Source: an uncultured Gemmatimonadaceae bacterium (lineage in GTDB: Bacteria > Latescibacterota > UBA2968 > UBA8231). From it: DNA of 64,000 nucleotides. The DNA lies in the NCBI GenBank assembly GCA_964520345.1, contig CAZFMY010000014.1:10671-74670 (forward strand), given 5' to 3'. The translations under genes and the position numbers were made by a program. Shown one piece after another: positions 35,794 to 44,262 of the stretch; the stretch's first letter is position 1; every line of letters starts with the position of its first letter. A model generated the notes under the pieces. That model saw only the letters and a program-made list of their open reading frames with translations. It searched no databases and had not been told where the DNA came from.

Positions 35794-37415
35794 GAGCGGC
35801 TCCTCTCCAACATCCCTTTGAGATTGCTGGCCACCTCAGTGGTCTTCTTATCGCTATCGGACAAGATCTCCCCTAACGCCTCGGCGATGTGCTCGACATA
35901 CTGCGCGATATAGTCCTTTTTGCGCGCAGCCTCAGCCTCGCGTCGAGCGCGACCAATGTGCTCACCGACCCGCCGACCGCATTCCTGCAGCGCCAGACGG
36001 ATCTCCTTGATAATCTCGTCGTAGTGCGCCACCGCATCCTTGCTCTCCGAAGTAAAAGGCACCCACACAGAAGCCATGTGTACCATAACCACCAGAGGCC
36101 CCGATGGCAGCGCGCTCGAACTCTGACTGAGGCGGTAATTCCGCCAGTCGGTGTCGACCAGACTCTTGGTAATCGCGCAAGCTGAAGGCTGATAAAGCAG
36201 CGGCACTCGGTTGGCGAAGCGCATCAGCGAAATCGGACCTTCGGCATCGATATCTCCACCGTAGGCAATGGCCACTTCGATTTGAAATGGATTGCCGCGA
36301 TAGACCGCCGGCGGCCGAGTCGTTGAGGTGAAGAATTCCGCAGCGACATTTTTGCGCAGACTATCTACCAGCAGTTCATCACCGATCGGCGCGATGCAAT
36401 CGGTCGGCGGACGCATCAACTTGGTCGCATTGATTGCCTTGAAGAGCCGGTCGCTTTCGTCCTGGGCGATATTGCGCGGCCGCCCGTTGGGTTTGAGATC
36501 GGCCTTCTCACAGATCTCCTTGGCCACTCGCACCGAGACGCGGGAAAATTCCTGGGTCATAAAGCCCTGCAAGGTGCGATGTGGAGTACCCTGCAGCATC
36601 TTCATCAAGACCCCGAGTTCAACTCCGTAGGGATGCGGTTTGATTTCCTGGGCTTCCGGCGGCATCTCCTCGGTGCTGCGTCCGTAGACAACCTCCTTGC
36701 CATCCGGGGGCGTATAGAGCAAGGTCAGATGAGGGTTGGCCAACGCTGTCTGCCGCACGTATTCGTCCACCGATTGCCGACCGCGCTGATAGCGCGCCTC
36801 CATCTCGATTTCGACTTGAGTACCTTTGCCGCGCACCCAGTCGATTTGTTCATCGCGGACAATCTGCGGCTTGTTGCGGGTGGTATCGATCTGGATCTCG
36901 TAGTAGTGCGCTGACCGTCTGGGCCCGGGGCGCGAAATAACCCTGGTCGACTTGCCGGTTGTCAACTGCCCGTACATACTTGCTGCAGAAATACCAATCC
37001 CCTGCTGGCCACGCGACATGCGGAGCCGATGGAATTTCGAACCATAGAGCAACTTGCCAAAAATATTGGGAATCTGACTCTTGACGATTCCCGGCCCGTT
37101 GTCGACAACCCGCATCAGATAGCGGTCGTCGGCGAGTTGCTTGAGCACCACCTCGATCTCGGGCAAAATACCCGCTTCCTCACAAGCATCTAGACTATTG
37201 TCGACAGCTTCTTTTACCCCCGTGAGTAACGCCCTGCGCGGATTATCGAATCCGAGCAGATGACGATTGCGGCTGAAAAACTCAGAGACTGAAATTTCGC
37301 GCTGTTTGGCCGCCATCGACTGCGCAGTAGCCCGACCGTTGCGTGGGGGGGGTTCTTTGCCGTTAGCTGCTGTTCCGAGCAAATCTAGCTGGCCGGCGGC
37401 TTCTTTTTTACCCAT
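35790..37415 (-). CDS. top6B: DNA topoisomerase VI subunit B (GHKL/Bergerat ATPase + transducer)
   Basis: N-box KEAVDNSLDACEE, G1 box VVDNGPGIV, G2 box SRGQQGIGISAASMY. The 541-aa length is comparable to archaeal Top6B. Confidence 0.9.
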   Translation of the reverse strand: MGKKEAAGQLDLLGTAANGKEPPPRNGRATAQSMAAKQREISVSEFFSRNRHLLGFDNPRRALLTGVKEAVDNSLDACEEAGILPEIEVVLKQLADDRYLMRVVDNGPGIVKSQIPNIFGKLLYGSKFHRLRMSRGQQGIGISAASMYGQLTTGKSTRVISRPGPRRSAHYYEIQIDTTRNKPQIVRDEQIDWVRGKGTQVEIEMEARYQRGRQSVDEYVRQTALANPHLTLLYTPPDGKEVVYGRSTEEMPPEAQEIKPHPYGVELGVLMKMLQGTPHRTLQGFMTQEFSRVSVRVAKEICEKADLKPNGRPRNIAQDESDRLFKAINATKLMRPPTDCIAPIGDELLVDSLRKNVAAEFFTSTTRPPAVYRGNPFQIEVAIAYGGDIDAEGPISLMRFANRVPLLYQPSACAITKSLVDTDWRNYRLSQSSSALPSGPLVVMVHMASVWVPFTSESKDAVAHYDEIIKEIRLALQECGRRVGEHIGRARREAEAARKKDYIAQYVEHIAEALGEILSDSDKKTTEVASNLKGMLERSRS

Positions 37416-37503
37416 GTATAGTCCTTGCCAATAGTTCGGGAATGCTCTTTGTCGAGTGCAAAGAACAATGCATCGGGAACATTATCGGGGAAATGACGGC
37501 CTA

Positions 37504-37533
37504 AATCTAAGAATCGGTACAAAACGCTGTCAA
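37504..37533 (-). promoter_or_regulatory. Candidate sigma70-like promoter for top6BA
   Basis: Minus strand: TTGACA (37533..37528), an 18-nt spacer, then TAGATT (37509..37504), about 90 nt upstream of the top6B ATG. Motif match only. Confidence 0.3.
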
Positions 37534-37572
37534 TGAGGGAACAACCTCGCCGAGAGGATGCCCGCACCGATC

Positions 37573-38235
37573 TCAGCGTTTACGCGCCAATGTCAACCCA
37601 TCCCCGATCGATAAAAGCGAGGCCTCGACCCGCTCGTCGGTATGTATTTTGGCGTTGAGAGCCCGAATCGCCACCGTACTCTCATCCTCTTCTCGAAGAT
37701 CTGCAGGCCTGCCCTGCCAGAGTACATTGTCGATCAGAATCAATCCGCCCTCTCGCACCAGTTGCAGACAGTGCTCGTAGTAGGCATCGTAATTTTCCTT
37801 ATCGGCGTCGATGAAAGCCATATCGAATCCACCCGCCCCACCTTCTTTGAGCATCCGGTCCAGCGTCTCCACTCCCGGCCCCAACCGCAACTCGACCTTG
37901 TCCGATACTCCCGCTTCCCGCCAATAGCGCCGGGCCACGCTCGTATACTCGTCACTCAGATCACAGGCGACCAACCGCCCTTGCTCGGGCAAGGCCAGCG
38001 CCATTACCGTACTGCTGTACCCGGTAAAAGTGCCCACCTCGACGATCCGCCTGGCCCCGATCGCCTTGACCAAGAGCGCCATAAACTGCCCCTGATCGGG
38101 AGAGATCTGCATTCCGCCCATCGGCATTTCCCGGGTCTCGTCCCGCAAGCGCTTCAACACATCCAGATCGCGCAGCGAATTGGCGAGGATATAGTCGTAA
38201 ATATGCGTTTCGATAAATCCATTTCGAGCACTCAT
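37573..38235 (-). CDS. Class I SAM-dependent O-methyltransferase (family 3, caffeoyl-CoA OMT / YrrM-like)
   Basis: VEVGTFTGYSS (SAM motif I), AFIDADKENY, LILIDNVLWQG. Confidence 0.8.
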   Translation of the reverse strand: MSARNGFIETHIYDYILANSLRDLDVLKRLRDETREMPMGGMQISPDQGQFMALLVKAIGARRIVEVGTFTGYSSTVMALALPEQGRLVACDLSDEYTSVARRYWREAGVSDKVELRLGPGVETLDRMLKEGGAGGFDMAFIDADKENYDAYYEHCLQLVREGGLILIDNVLWQGRPADLREEDESTVAIRALNAKIHTDERVEASLLSIGDGLTLARKR

Positions 38236-38262
38236 CGGATCACCTTTCTCAAGATATGAACC

Positions 38263-40389
38263 CTATTTTCCTGTAAATAAGAGTGTAATAATCGCGCGGT
38301 GAGCGGCGGGAATCTCACTGCCGCGCTCTACGAGACCGCGCAGTACGTCCTTATTATCCAGTTGATCCTGACGCAGGTACAAGTGAAGAGGCTGGCCGCG
38401 CTCCTCAACCCCCTCCATACCCAGCAGTCGGTACAGGCTCTCCACCAGCGAAGGCCACTCCCATTCCTTGTCCTCTGCTCTGCGGACCCCCAACCGCTCC
38501 TGCTCCTGCAATAGATCTTGCACCGCCGACAAGATATCGGCCCGCACCTGATCCTTCGCCCCAATCTGCGCGACGATCTCAGCGCCGACCCGGTCGGCCA
38601 CCTCACCTAAGTTTTTAAGAGCAGCCAACAACTCCCGGTACTTGTCGCTGCGATCTAGGCGCAAAAAAATCCCCGCCAAAAGTTCGAGCAATTCCGCACT
38701 GCCGGGATTGCTCCGACGTAACTCTTCGAAGCGCTGTAAGCACAACCTGAGCCGCTGCGGATCGGAGGAAAGCCGTAGAGCCTTATCGGGTATGAGCTCG
38801 GCCAGTTCATCGACCTGCGGTCGGAGATCTTCACCGACCACAAGCTCCCGCCCGCCCACCAAGTGCTCGTACTGCGGCACGTAGACCTCCCGATAACGCG
38901 GGTGGAGATCCAGCTTCTTTAAGATCTGCCCGAGCAGATAGGTATTAAAATCGGCCTCCACTCGATCCAGCTGCAAGTAGTGATCGTAGAAGATATCGGC
39001 CAATCCCTTGAGCAAAGCTTCATCATCATTGCTATAGCGCAATGCATTTTCCACTTCGAAAACCAGTTGTTTTAGATCGGCCATTCCGGCCAGATCCGCC
39101 AGCTTCAGCACCAAAAACCGCTTCCTGCGAAAAGGAAGATTCCAAAAATCGCAGTACCAATCGTGCACTTGCTGTTCTTTTCCACGCATGAGCCGTTTGA
39201 AATCCCGGCTGATACTGCCCGGAGCCCCCTCCGGTGGCGAGGTCGAAAAAGCCTGGATTTTTTCGGTGAACTCCACCAGCGGATAGTAGCCGGTACCGAA
39301 ATAGGTTCCTTCGTTCCAACCCAAGCGCGAAAAACCACTGATCCCCGGCTCACCGCGCTCGATCAGCATATCTATGTATCGATCGGTCTTGATCTGGACC
39401 CCGACCTCAAAGCGAAGTGCATCCTCCATATCGTGCAAAATCTCGTCGATGGTCTCCGGCACAATCGTCATAGCGCGATTTTCGCTGATGCGAAATGCCG
39501 TCGGATGGACGATGTCGCGATCGATATTGTAGTAAGTGGGATAGTTCAACGCATTTCTGATTGCAGTGCGTTTTTCACTGGCCCATTTCCGCTCCCGCAC
39601 CTCGTCGAAAAATTCATCGACCAGCGCAAAGGGGTCGGCAACTAGGACCTGATCGCGATCGAGGTCGAAAATCGGCTCTGAGTATTGCGCAAAAAACTCG
39701 TTGAATTCATTGTCCGGTTCGCGGTCGGAAAATTTGCGATGCTTATTCAGTTCCATTAATTGGTCGTAGACAAAAGCATGGCCCAGGGTGTAGTACTGGC
39801 GGAAGTGCTGCTGTGCTCGCCGAATCAATTCGATCAGCAGATGATAATCCAGGAGCGGCCAGGATTCCTGAATAATCACTTCGCTGATCGCCCAGTAGTC
39901 GTAACCTTTGGCGCGGGCTTCCTCAATAACCAGTTCCGGCATGTAGATCGTCTTGCGAGTTCGGCCGGTGTGGAAGGACTGGTGTTCGCGCGCGTGGCGA
40001 AAAACCAGCAGGTCCTCGCTCCTGACCAGCGTGACACTGACCCCCCATGCCAAGAGCGCATCGACCAGATATTCGGGCAACTGGCGCACGCCACCGTAGA
40101 AAAACCTGACCAGGTCATGGCCGGCGTGAAAGCGTGCCAGTTTCTCGTCTTCGAGCAACACCCCATCCCGCAACCGCGTCTGCTGCCCGAAAATCACCGT
40201 CTTGAGATGTGCGCGGAGTGCATCATTGACATCCGCATGGGAAATCTCTCCCTCGCGCAATCCGCTATTGGGCCGTTCGTCATCCAACCGCAGCTCTGTG
40301 CGATCACACTCTTCGTTCATTGTCTGCAACAAAATCCTACCGCTAAACGCATGAAAAAATCCCGCCGGATTCGAATCCGGCGGGATCAA
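38263..40389 (-). CDS. Hypothetical 685-708-aa protein with no recognisable domain
   Basis: Long uninterrupted ORF with coding-like composition, packed between neighbours (27 nt to the OMT gene). The start is ambiguous: TTG 40389 or ATG 40320 (MNEECDRT...). I recognised no known motif. Confidence 0.7.
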   Translation of the reverse strand: MIPPDSNPAGFFHAFSGRILLQTMNEECDRTELRLDDERPNSGLREGEISHADVNDALRAHLKTVIFGQQTRLRDGVLLEDEKLARFHAGHDLVRFFYGGVRQLPEYLVDALLAWGVSVTLVRSEDLLVFRHAREHQSFHTGRTRKTIYMPELVIEEARAKGYDYWAISEVIIQESWPLLDYHLLIELIRRAQQHFRQYYTLGHAFVYDQLMELNKHRKFSDREPDNEFNEFFAQYSEPIFDLDRDQVLVADPFALVDEFFDEVRERKWASEKRTAIRNALNYPTYYNIDRDIVHPTAFRISENRAMTIVPETIDEILHDMEDALRFEVGVQIKTDRYIDMLIERGEPGISGFSRLGWNEGTYFGTGYYPLVEFTEKIQAFSTSPPEGAPGSISRDFKRLMRGKEQQVHDWYCDFWNLPFRRKRFLVLKLADLAGMADLKQLVFEVENALRYSNDDEALLKGLADIFYDHYLQLDRVEADFNTYLLGQILKKLDLHPRYREVYVPQYEHLVGGRELVVGEDLRPQVDELAELIPDKALRLSSDPQRLRLCLQRFEELRRSNPGSAELLELLAGIFLRLDRSDKYRELLAALKNLGEVADRVGAEIVAQIGAKDQVRADILSAVQDLLQEQERLGVRRAEDKEWEWPSLVESLYRLLGMEGVEERGQPLHLYLRQDQLDNKDVLRGLVERGSEIPAAHRAIITLLFTGK

Positions 40390-40408
40390 ACTATAGCCAG
40401 TCTCGGCT

Positions 40409-40894
40409 TCACTTGGCGGGTATCGCCTTGACTTCTGCCCAACCGACCGCCGCTACCGAAGTCGGCGTAGGTTCGCGCACCCAGCGAGCCTTGGCGATCG
40501 GCGAGAGCAACTCCTGCCCTGCATCGAGAGTCGCAGCTGCCACACCCCAGGCCGTTTTGAGCTGGTCCTGAGTCGAGACTACGGTCTGCATCTCTTGCTC
40601 TTCGGGCACGGCATCGATACTGGCCCAGGGCACCCACATCGAAAGCCGACCATCTTCAGAATGCCGATCGGCTCCCTCACGAACCGGCATCTCGCGAAAA
40701 AGACGGTAGTAGGCCGCCGCCTCGACCGCCTCCCATTCGAGCAGTACAAAATCGGCTCGACCCTGGTGCAAGCTCACCGCGGCATCGCTCGGCGCCCGCA
40801 ATTCGCGCGGTGCAGCCTCTCTACATGTATGCTGAGCCCATACCATACCCGAAAGCACGAGCATCAGACCAGCAATAATCACAACCTTTTTCAT
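40409..40894 (-). CDS. Small secreted protein, possibly Fn3-like
   Basis: Signal peptide MKKVVIIAGLMLVLSGMVWA. LLEWEAVEAAAYYRLFRE resembles an Fn3 strand pattern (weak). Confidence 0.6.
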   Translation of the reverse strand: MKKVVIIAGLMLVLSGMVWAQHTCREAAPRELRAPSDAAVSLHQGRADFVLLEWEAVEAAAYYRLFREMPVREGADRHSEDGRLSMWVPWASIDAVPEEQEMQTVVSTQDQLKTAWGVAAATLDAGQELLSPIAKARWVREPTPTSVAAVGWAEVKAIPAK

Positions 40895-40931
40895 CGCACA
40901 AACTCCCTGTTTTCATCGCACAAACTCCCTG
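40888..40931 (-). repeat. Exact 22-bp tandem duplication spanning the RBS and ATG of the 161-aa gene
   Basis: Minus strand reads CAGGGAGTTTGTGCGATGAAAA twice, head to tail (40931..40910 and 40909..40888). Verified base by base. Confidence 0.95.
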
Positions 40932-40980
40932 CTGGAGATTCTGATCAAGATACAATGCACCAGACGAGAGCGCAATATCA

Positions 40981-42540
40981 TCAATCAATGGCTATAAGGC
41001 GGAAACCACCCGGTTCGAGCGGAATTTCAACCTCGAAGATATCGCTATTCAATTCTGCCACCTCAATCGGCTCCGCACTAGACGCATAGGCCACCCGCGC
41101 CCCTTTGACCACCATTCCGACCCTGCGGTCACCACCCTCATCCGTCCTGCGATTGACCACCAATAAGTGAGTTTCAACGTGGCCATCGCCAAAAAAACCC
41201 AGTTCGAGATCCCGATCCGCTGCGACCAGAATATCATTGGCTAAGATTGTCGGCACCTGTTTCACGACCTTGCTCGCCGTAGTCATCCAACCGTGGTAAT
41301 ACAAATCGCGTAAAGACTCGCTCAACTGCGCCAGACTATCATTGAGCGCCCGCACTCCGGCATAGGCATCGGTCGGCATACCTGCTGCATCCACCAATCC
41401 TCTATAGGTAATGTGGTCCTGACCGGAGTCTGGCCCCGAACTGTAGACAAAATAAATGATCCCCGACGCACCACGCGACAAAGCCAGTCCAGCCTGGACG
41501 CGAATCTCAGCCGCCGTGGGATAGCGATAAAAAAGATCACTCTGTCCACTGCACGAAGCATAGACTCTATCGGTGCGCAACTCGCTGTGCACCTGGATAA
41601 CCGCGTGCCAGCGGCCATCGCGAAGGCCGACCTGCCGAGTCGCCAGATTATAGGTTGTCAATAGCTCGTCCAGCGCCTGCTCGACCTTGCTTCGGTCATC
41701 TCTACAGACATCGCCGCGAAAAACATAGTGCTCGTGTTGCAGAACATTGGGCGGGTCATTGCCCTGGAAAAAGTGATCCAGGAACTCAGAGGCTTCAGCA
41801 CCGAGTTCGTGCAGCCCTGCTACTGCAAACGCCGGACGCGATGCATCTTCCCGACGCAAGATCTCGACCACCCTGGCCAACGCTGGGAAAAAACGGCTAT
41901 CGTACTGCTCGTGGGAAACCAGATATGCCTGAAAACCATGCGCATATCCTCCCCATTGACTTTGCAGTGCCCTCACCACCTCTGCAACCCCAGTGTCGAA
42001 GCCGGGTTTGGTTTCGCAACCTGGCACGGGCCAGCTTTGGGAATCCGTATTGCAGGTCGACCAGTTTTCCAACTTGTCGTGGTCGCTGAAACCCGGCGCG
42101 AGCGGCTCGTAAAACACGGGCAAACCCATGCCGTGCTCGTCGGCAAAACGCATCGCTAGTTCTTCGGTCCTGATCCAATCGCGTCCGAGCGGTGGATCGA
42201 CAAGATCCGTTAGATCCTCAACCGCCAGGGTATCTCTTTGCAGCCATTCGAGGAAATTGACGTTGAGATCGAGGACCAGATGTTGTTCCGCCACGCCGAA
42301 ATCGGTACGCCCTGCAGCCAGACCGGCCGGAAGCCATACCCCCCTTACCAATTCGCCGACGGTCACGTTCCTGGGGACAAAATCTACCCCCAACACCTCG
42401 ACGACCGCACCGATCACCGTTTTTCCTGCAGTCTGGCCACAAGCGGTCACCAGTAAAGCGACAGCCAGCCAGAGCAAGCAGCGATATTTTCTCTTAAAGG
42501 TTTTCAGGGATATACAAGCCCTATAGCATCTGCACATCAA
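40981..42540 (-). CDS. Uncharacterised lipoprotein, paralogue 1 (possible clan GH-A TIM-barrel glycosidase-like fold)
   Basis: Lipobox LLVTAC|G. Shares WLPAG, EWLQR, MPVFYEP, HEHYVFRGDV, WHAV.QV.SE, G..GI.YF.YSSG and THLLVVNRRT with the next gene. Confidence 0.75.
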   Translation of the reverse strand: MMCRCYRACISLKTFKRKYRCLLWLAVALLVTACGQTAGKTVIGAVVEVLGVDFVPRNVTVGELVRGVWLPAGLAAGRTDFGVAEQHLVLDLNVNFLEWLQRDTLAVEDLTDLVDPPLGRDWIRTEELAMRFADEHGMGLPVFYEPLAPGFSDHDKLENWSTCNTDSQSWPVPGCETKPGFDTGVAEVVRALQSQWGGYAHGFQAYLVSHEQYDSRFFPALARVVEILRREDASRPAFAVAGLHELGAEASEFLDHFFQGNDPPNVLQHEHYVFRGDVCRDDRSKVEQALDELLTTYNLATRQVGLRDGRWHAVIQVHSELRTDRVYASCSGQSDLFYRYPTAAEIRVQAGLALSRGASGIIYFVYSSGPDSGQDHITYRGLVDAAGMPTDAYAGVRALNDSLAQLSESLRDLYYHGWMTTASKVVKQVPTILANDILVAADRDLELGFFGDGHVETHLLVVNRRTDEGGDRRVGMVVKGARVAYASSAEPIEVAELNSDIFEVEIPLEPGGFRLIAID

Positions 42541-42577
42541 CCGCTAAAATCGCCGATCAAATCGCAGGTCTGAGCAA

Positions 42578-43930
42578 CTAAGGTCCGCGGTCCGCATCAC
42601 TCGCAACTACCAGCAAACGAAATCCGCCCGCGGCCAGTTCCACTGCTACGGCACCGTCCTCGACGACCAGGACCTCCCCCGTAACCGCATCGCTGACCTT
42701 CCCCCCTTTGACCTCCAGCACGGTGCTGCGCGGCTCCCAGGTACGCCGGTTGACCACCAGCAGATGCGTCTGCTGCACTTTATCGCCGAAGAGTCCGAAT
42801 TCCAGATCCTCATCGACGCTGGATAACAGGTCGTTGTCCACCAATGCTCCAGCCCCGAATCCTCGATGAAAATAAAGCCCCGCGAGTAGTGGACTCAGCA
42901 CCTGTAATTGCCGATTGAGTTCCTGCACCGCCGCATAAGTGGCCGTCGGCGCTCCATCCCGATCCACCAACCCCTCGTAGAACCGCGTCTGCACAACCTG
43001 GCCCCGGTCGTCGCGCACTTGCTCGATACCCGAACTGTAGAGGAAATAGACGATCCCGGCAGCGCCCCGCGTCAACGCCAACCCGACCTGTACCGAGATC
43101 TCGGCCGCCGACGGCTTGCGATAATAGATTTTGGTGCCCCGCACCTCACTCTGGACCTGAACGACAGCATGCCAGCGCCCCCAACGGCCCTTGAGATGTG
43201 CAGCGACCTGGTCGTAACCGGAAACCAGCGCACTCAGTTTGCGCTGCAGCGCAGCGCCGGCAGCAGGGACATCGCCGCGAAATACATAGTGCTCGTGCTG
43301 AAAGACCGGAGGCGGCCCCCCCTCCTGGAAAAAAGCGTCGGCGAAAGCATGACTATCCGAGTAGTGATCCAGGCGGCCCACGGTCAGCGCCGGCCGCAAG
43401 GAGTCCACCTTCCCAAGCGCAGCGACGACCTCCGCCAGCGCCTGGTAGTATTCCGAGCGGTAGTCCTCGTGCCCCACGAGGTAGCCCTGAAATCCCGGTG
43501 CTCCCTCCCATTGCGATTTGAGCGCCGCTACCCGCTGACCCACCGAGTCGGCAAAATCCTCGTCGAGCGGGGAACGCGTAGCCCAGTTCTGCAGCTTATC
43601 GTAGGGAGTATAACCGCGCGGTTCGTAAAAAACCGGCATCTGCACTCCGTGCTCATTGCACCAGGCCATTGCCCGTGCTTCGGCCGTCTCACCATCCGAT
43701 TCGGACCGCTGCAACCATTCGATCTGATTGAGTCCCAATTCGCCCAGCAGCGCCTGATCCTCCGCGCTGAAGCGATAGCGATCCAACCCCGCCGGCAACC
43801 ATGCACCGACAACGAGTTCACCGACGGGTACTCGGCTCGCTGCAGCAGCAGCCCCATCGACCGTGTTCCATCGCCCACATCCAAGTGCGATCAGTAGCGC
43901 AGCCAGCAACCACAAACGATCTGGCCTCAC
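42578..43930 (-). CDS. Uncharacterised lipoprotein, paralogue 2
   Basis: Lipobox LLIALGC|G. Same conserved blocks as paralogue 1. The start ATG overlaps the MazG-like stop by 4 nt. Confidence 0.75.
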   Translation of the reverse strand: MRPDRLWLLAALLIALGCGRWNTVDGAAAAASRVPVGELVVGAWLPAGLDRYRFSAEDQALLGELGLNQIEWLQRSESDGETAEARAMAWCNEHGVQMPVFYEPRGYTPYDKLQNWATRSPLDEDFADSVGQRVAALKSQWEGAPGFQGYLVGHEDYRSEYYQALAEVVAALGKVDSLRPALTVGRLDHYSDSHAFADAFFQEGGPPPVFQHEHYVFRGDVPAAGAALQRKLSALVSGYDQVAAHLKGRWGRWHAVVQVQSEVRGTKIYYRKPSAAEISVQVGLALTRGAAGIVYFLYSSGIEQVRDDRGQVVQTRFYEGLVDRDGAPTATYAAVQELNRQLQVLSPLLAGLYFHRGFGAGALVDNDLLSSVDEDLEFGLFGDKVQQTHLLVVNRRTWEPRSTVLEVKGGKVSDAVTGEVLVVEDGAVAVELAAGGFRLLVVASDADRGP

Positions 43931-44262
43931 GATTTTAGCTTGGGATTTTCCGCATGACGCTTGCGGTCTCGTTTGGTCTTCTTATCCATCGCCCGCTGAA
44001 AAGCCTCCTCCAGATCAACTCCTGTCTGGTTGGCCAGACAGACGAGTACGAAGAGCACATCCGCCATCTCCATACCCAGGTCCGCGTCTTCCCCCTCCTT
44101 AAAACTCTGCTCGCCGAAAGTTCGGGCCATCAACCGTGCTAACTCGCCTACTTCTTCCATCAGTACGGCGGTATTAGTCAGTTCGGAAAAATAGCGCACG
44201 CCGATGGTATTGATCCACTCGTCGACTTCCCGCTGGCAAGCGCGGAGGGTACGCTCAGGCAT
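43927..44262 (-). CDS. MazG-like nucleotide pyrophosphohydrolase (YpjD type)
   Basis: 111 aa from ATG 44262 (MPERTLRACQREVDEWI...). EEVGELARL and EMADVLFVLVCLANQTGVDLEEAF. The longer listed ORF overlaps the DUF362 gene and is rejected. Confidence 0.8.
   Translation of the reverse strand: MPERTLRACQREVDEWINTIGVRYFSELTNTAVLMEEVGELARLMARTFGEQSFKEGEDADLGMEMADVLFVLVCLANQTGVDLEEAFQRAMDKKTKRDRKRHAENPKLKS

Noticed and set aside
39982-39996. HAREH (HxxEH, inverzincin-like) pentapeptide in the 708-aa orphan
   Set aside because: An isolated five-residue match without the downstream Glu-containing context or M16-like surroundings is probably chance.
42908-43897. 329-aa plus-strand ORF
   Set aside because: It lies antisense to lipoprotein paralogue 2, whose frame is supported by collinear conservation with paralogue 1.
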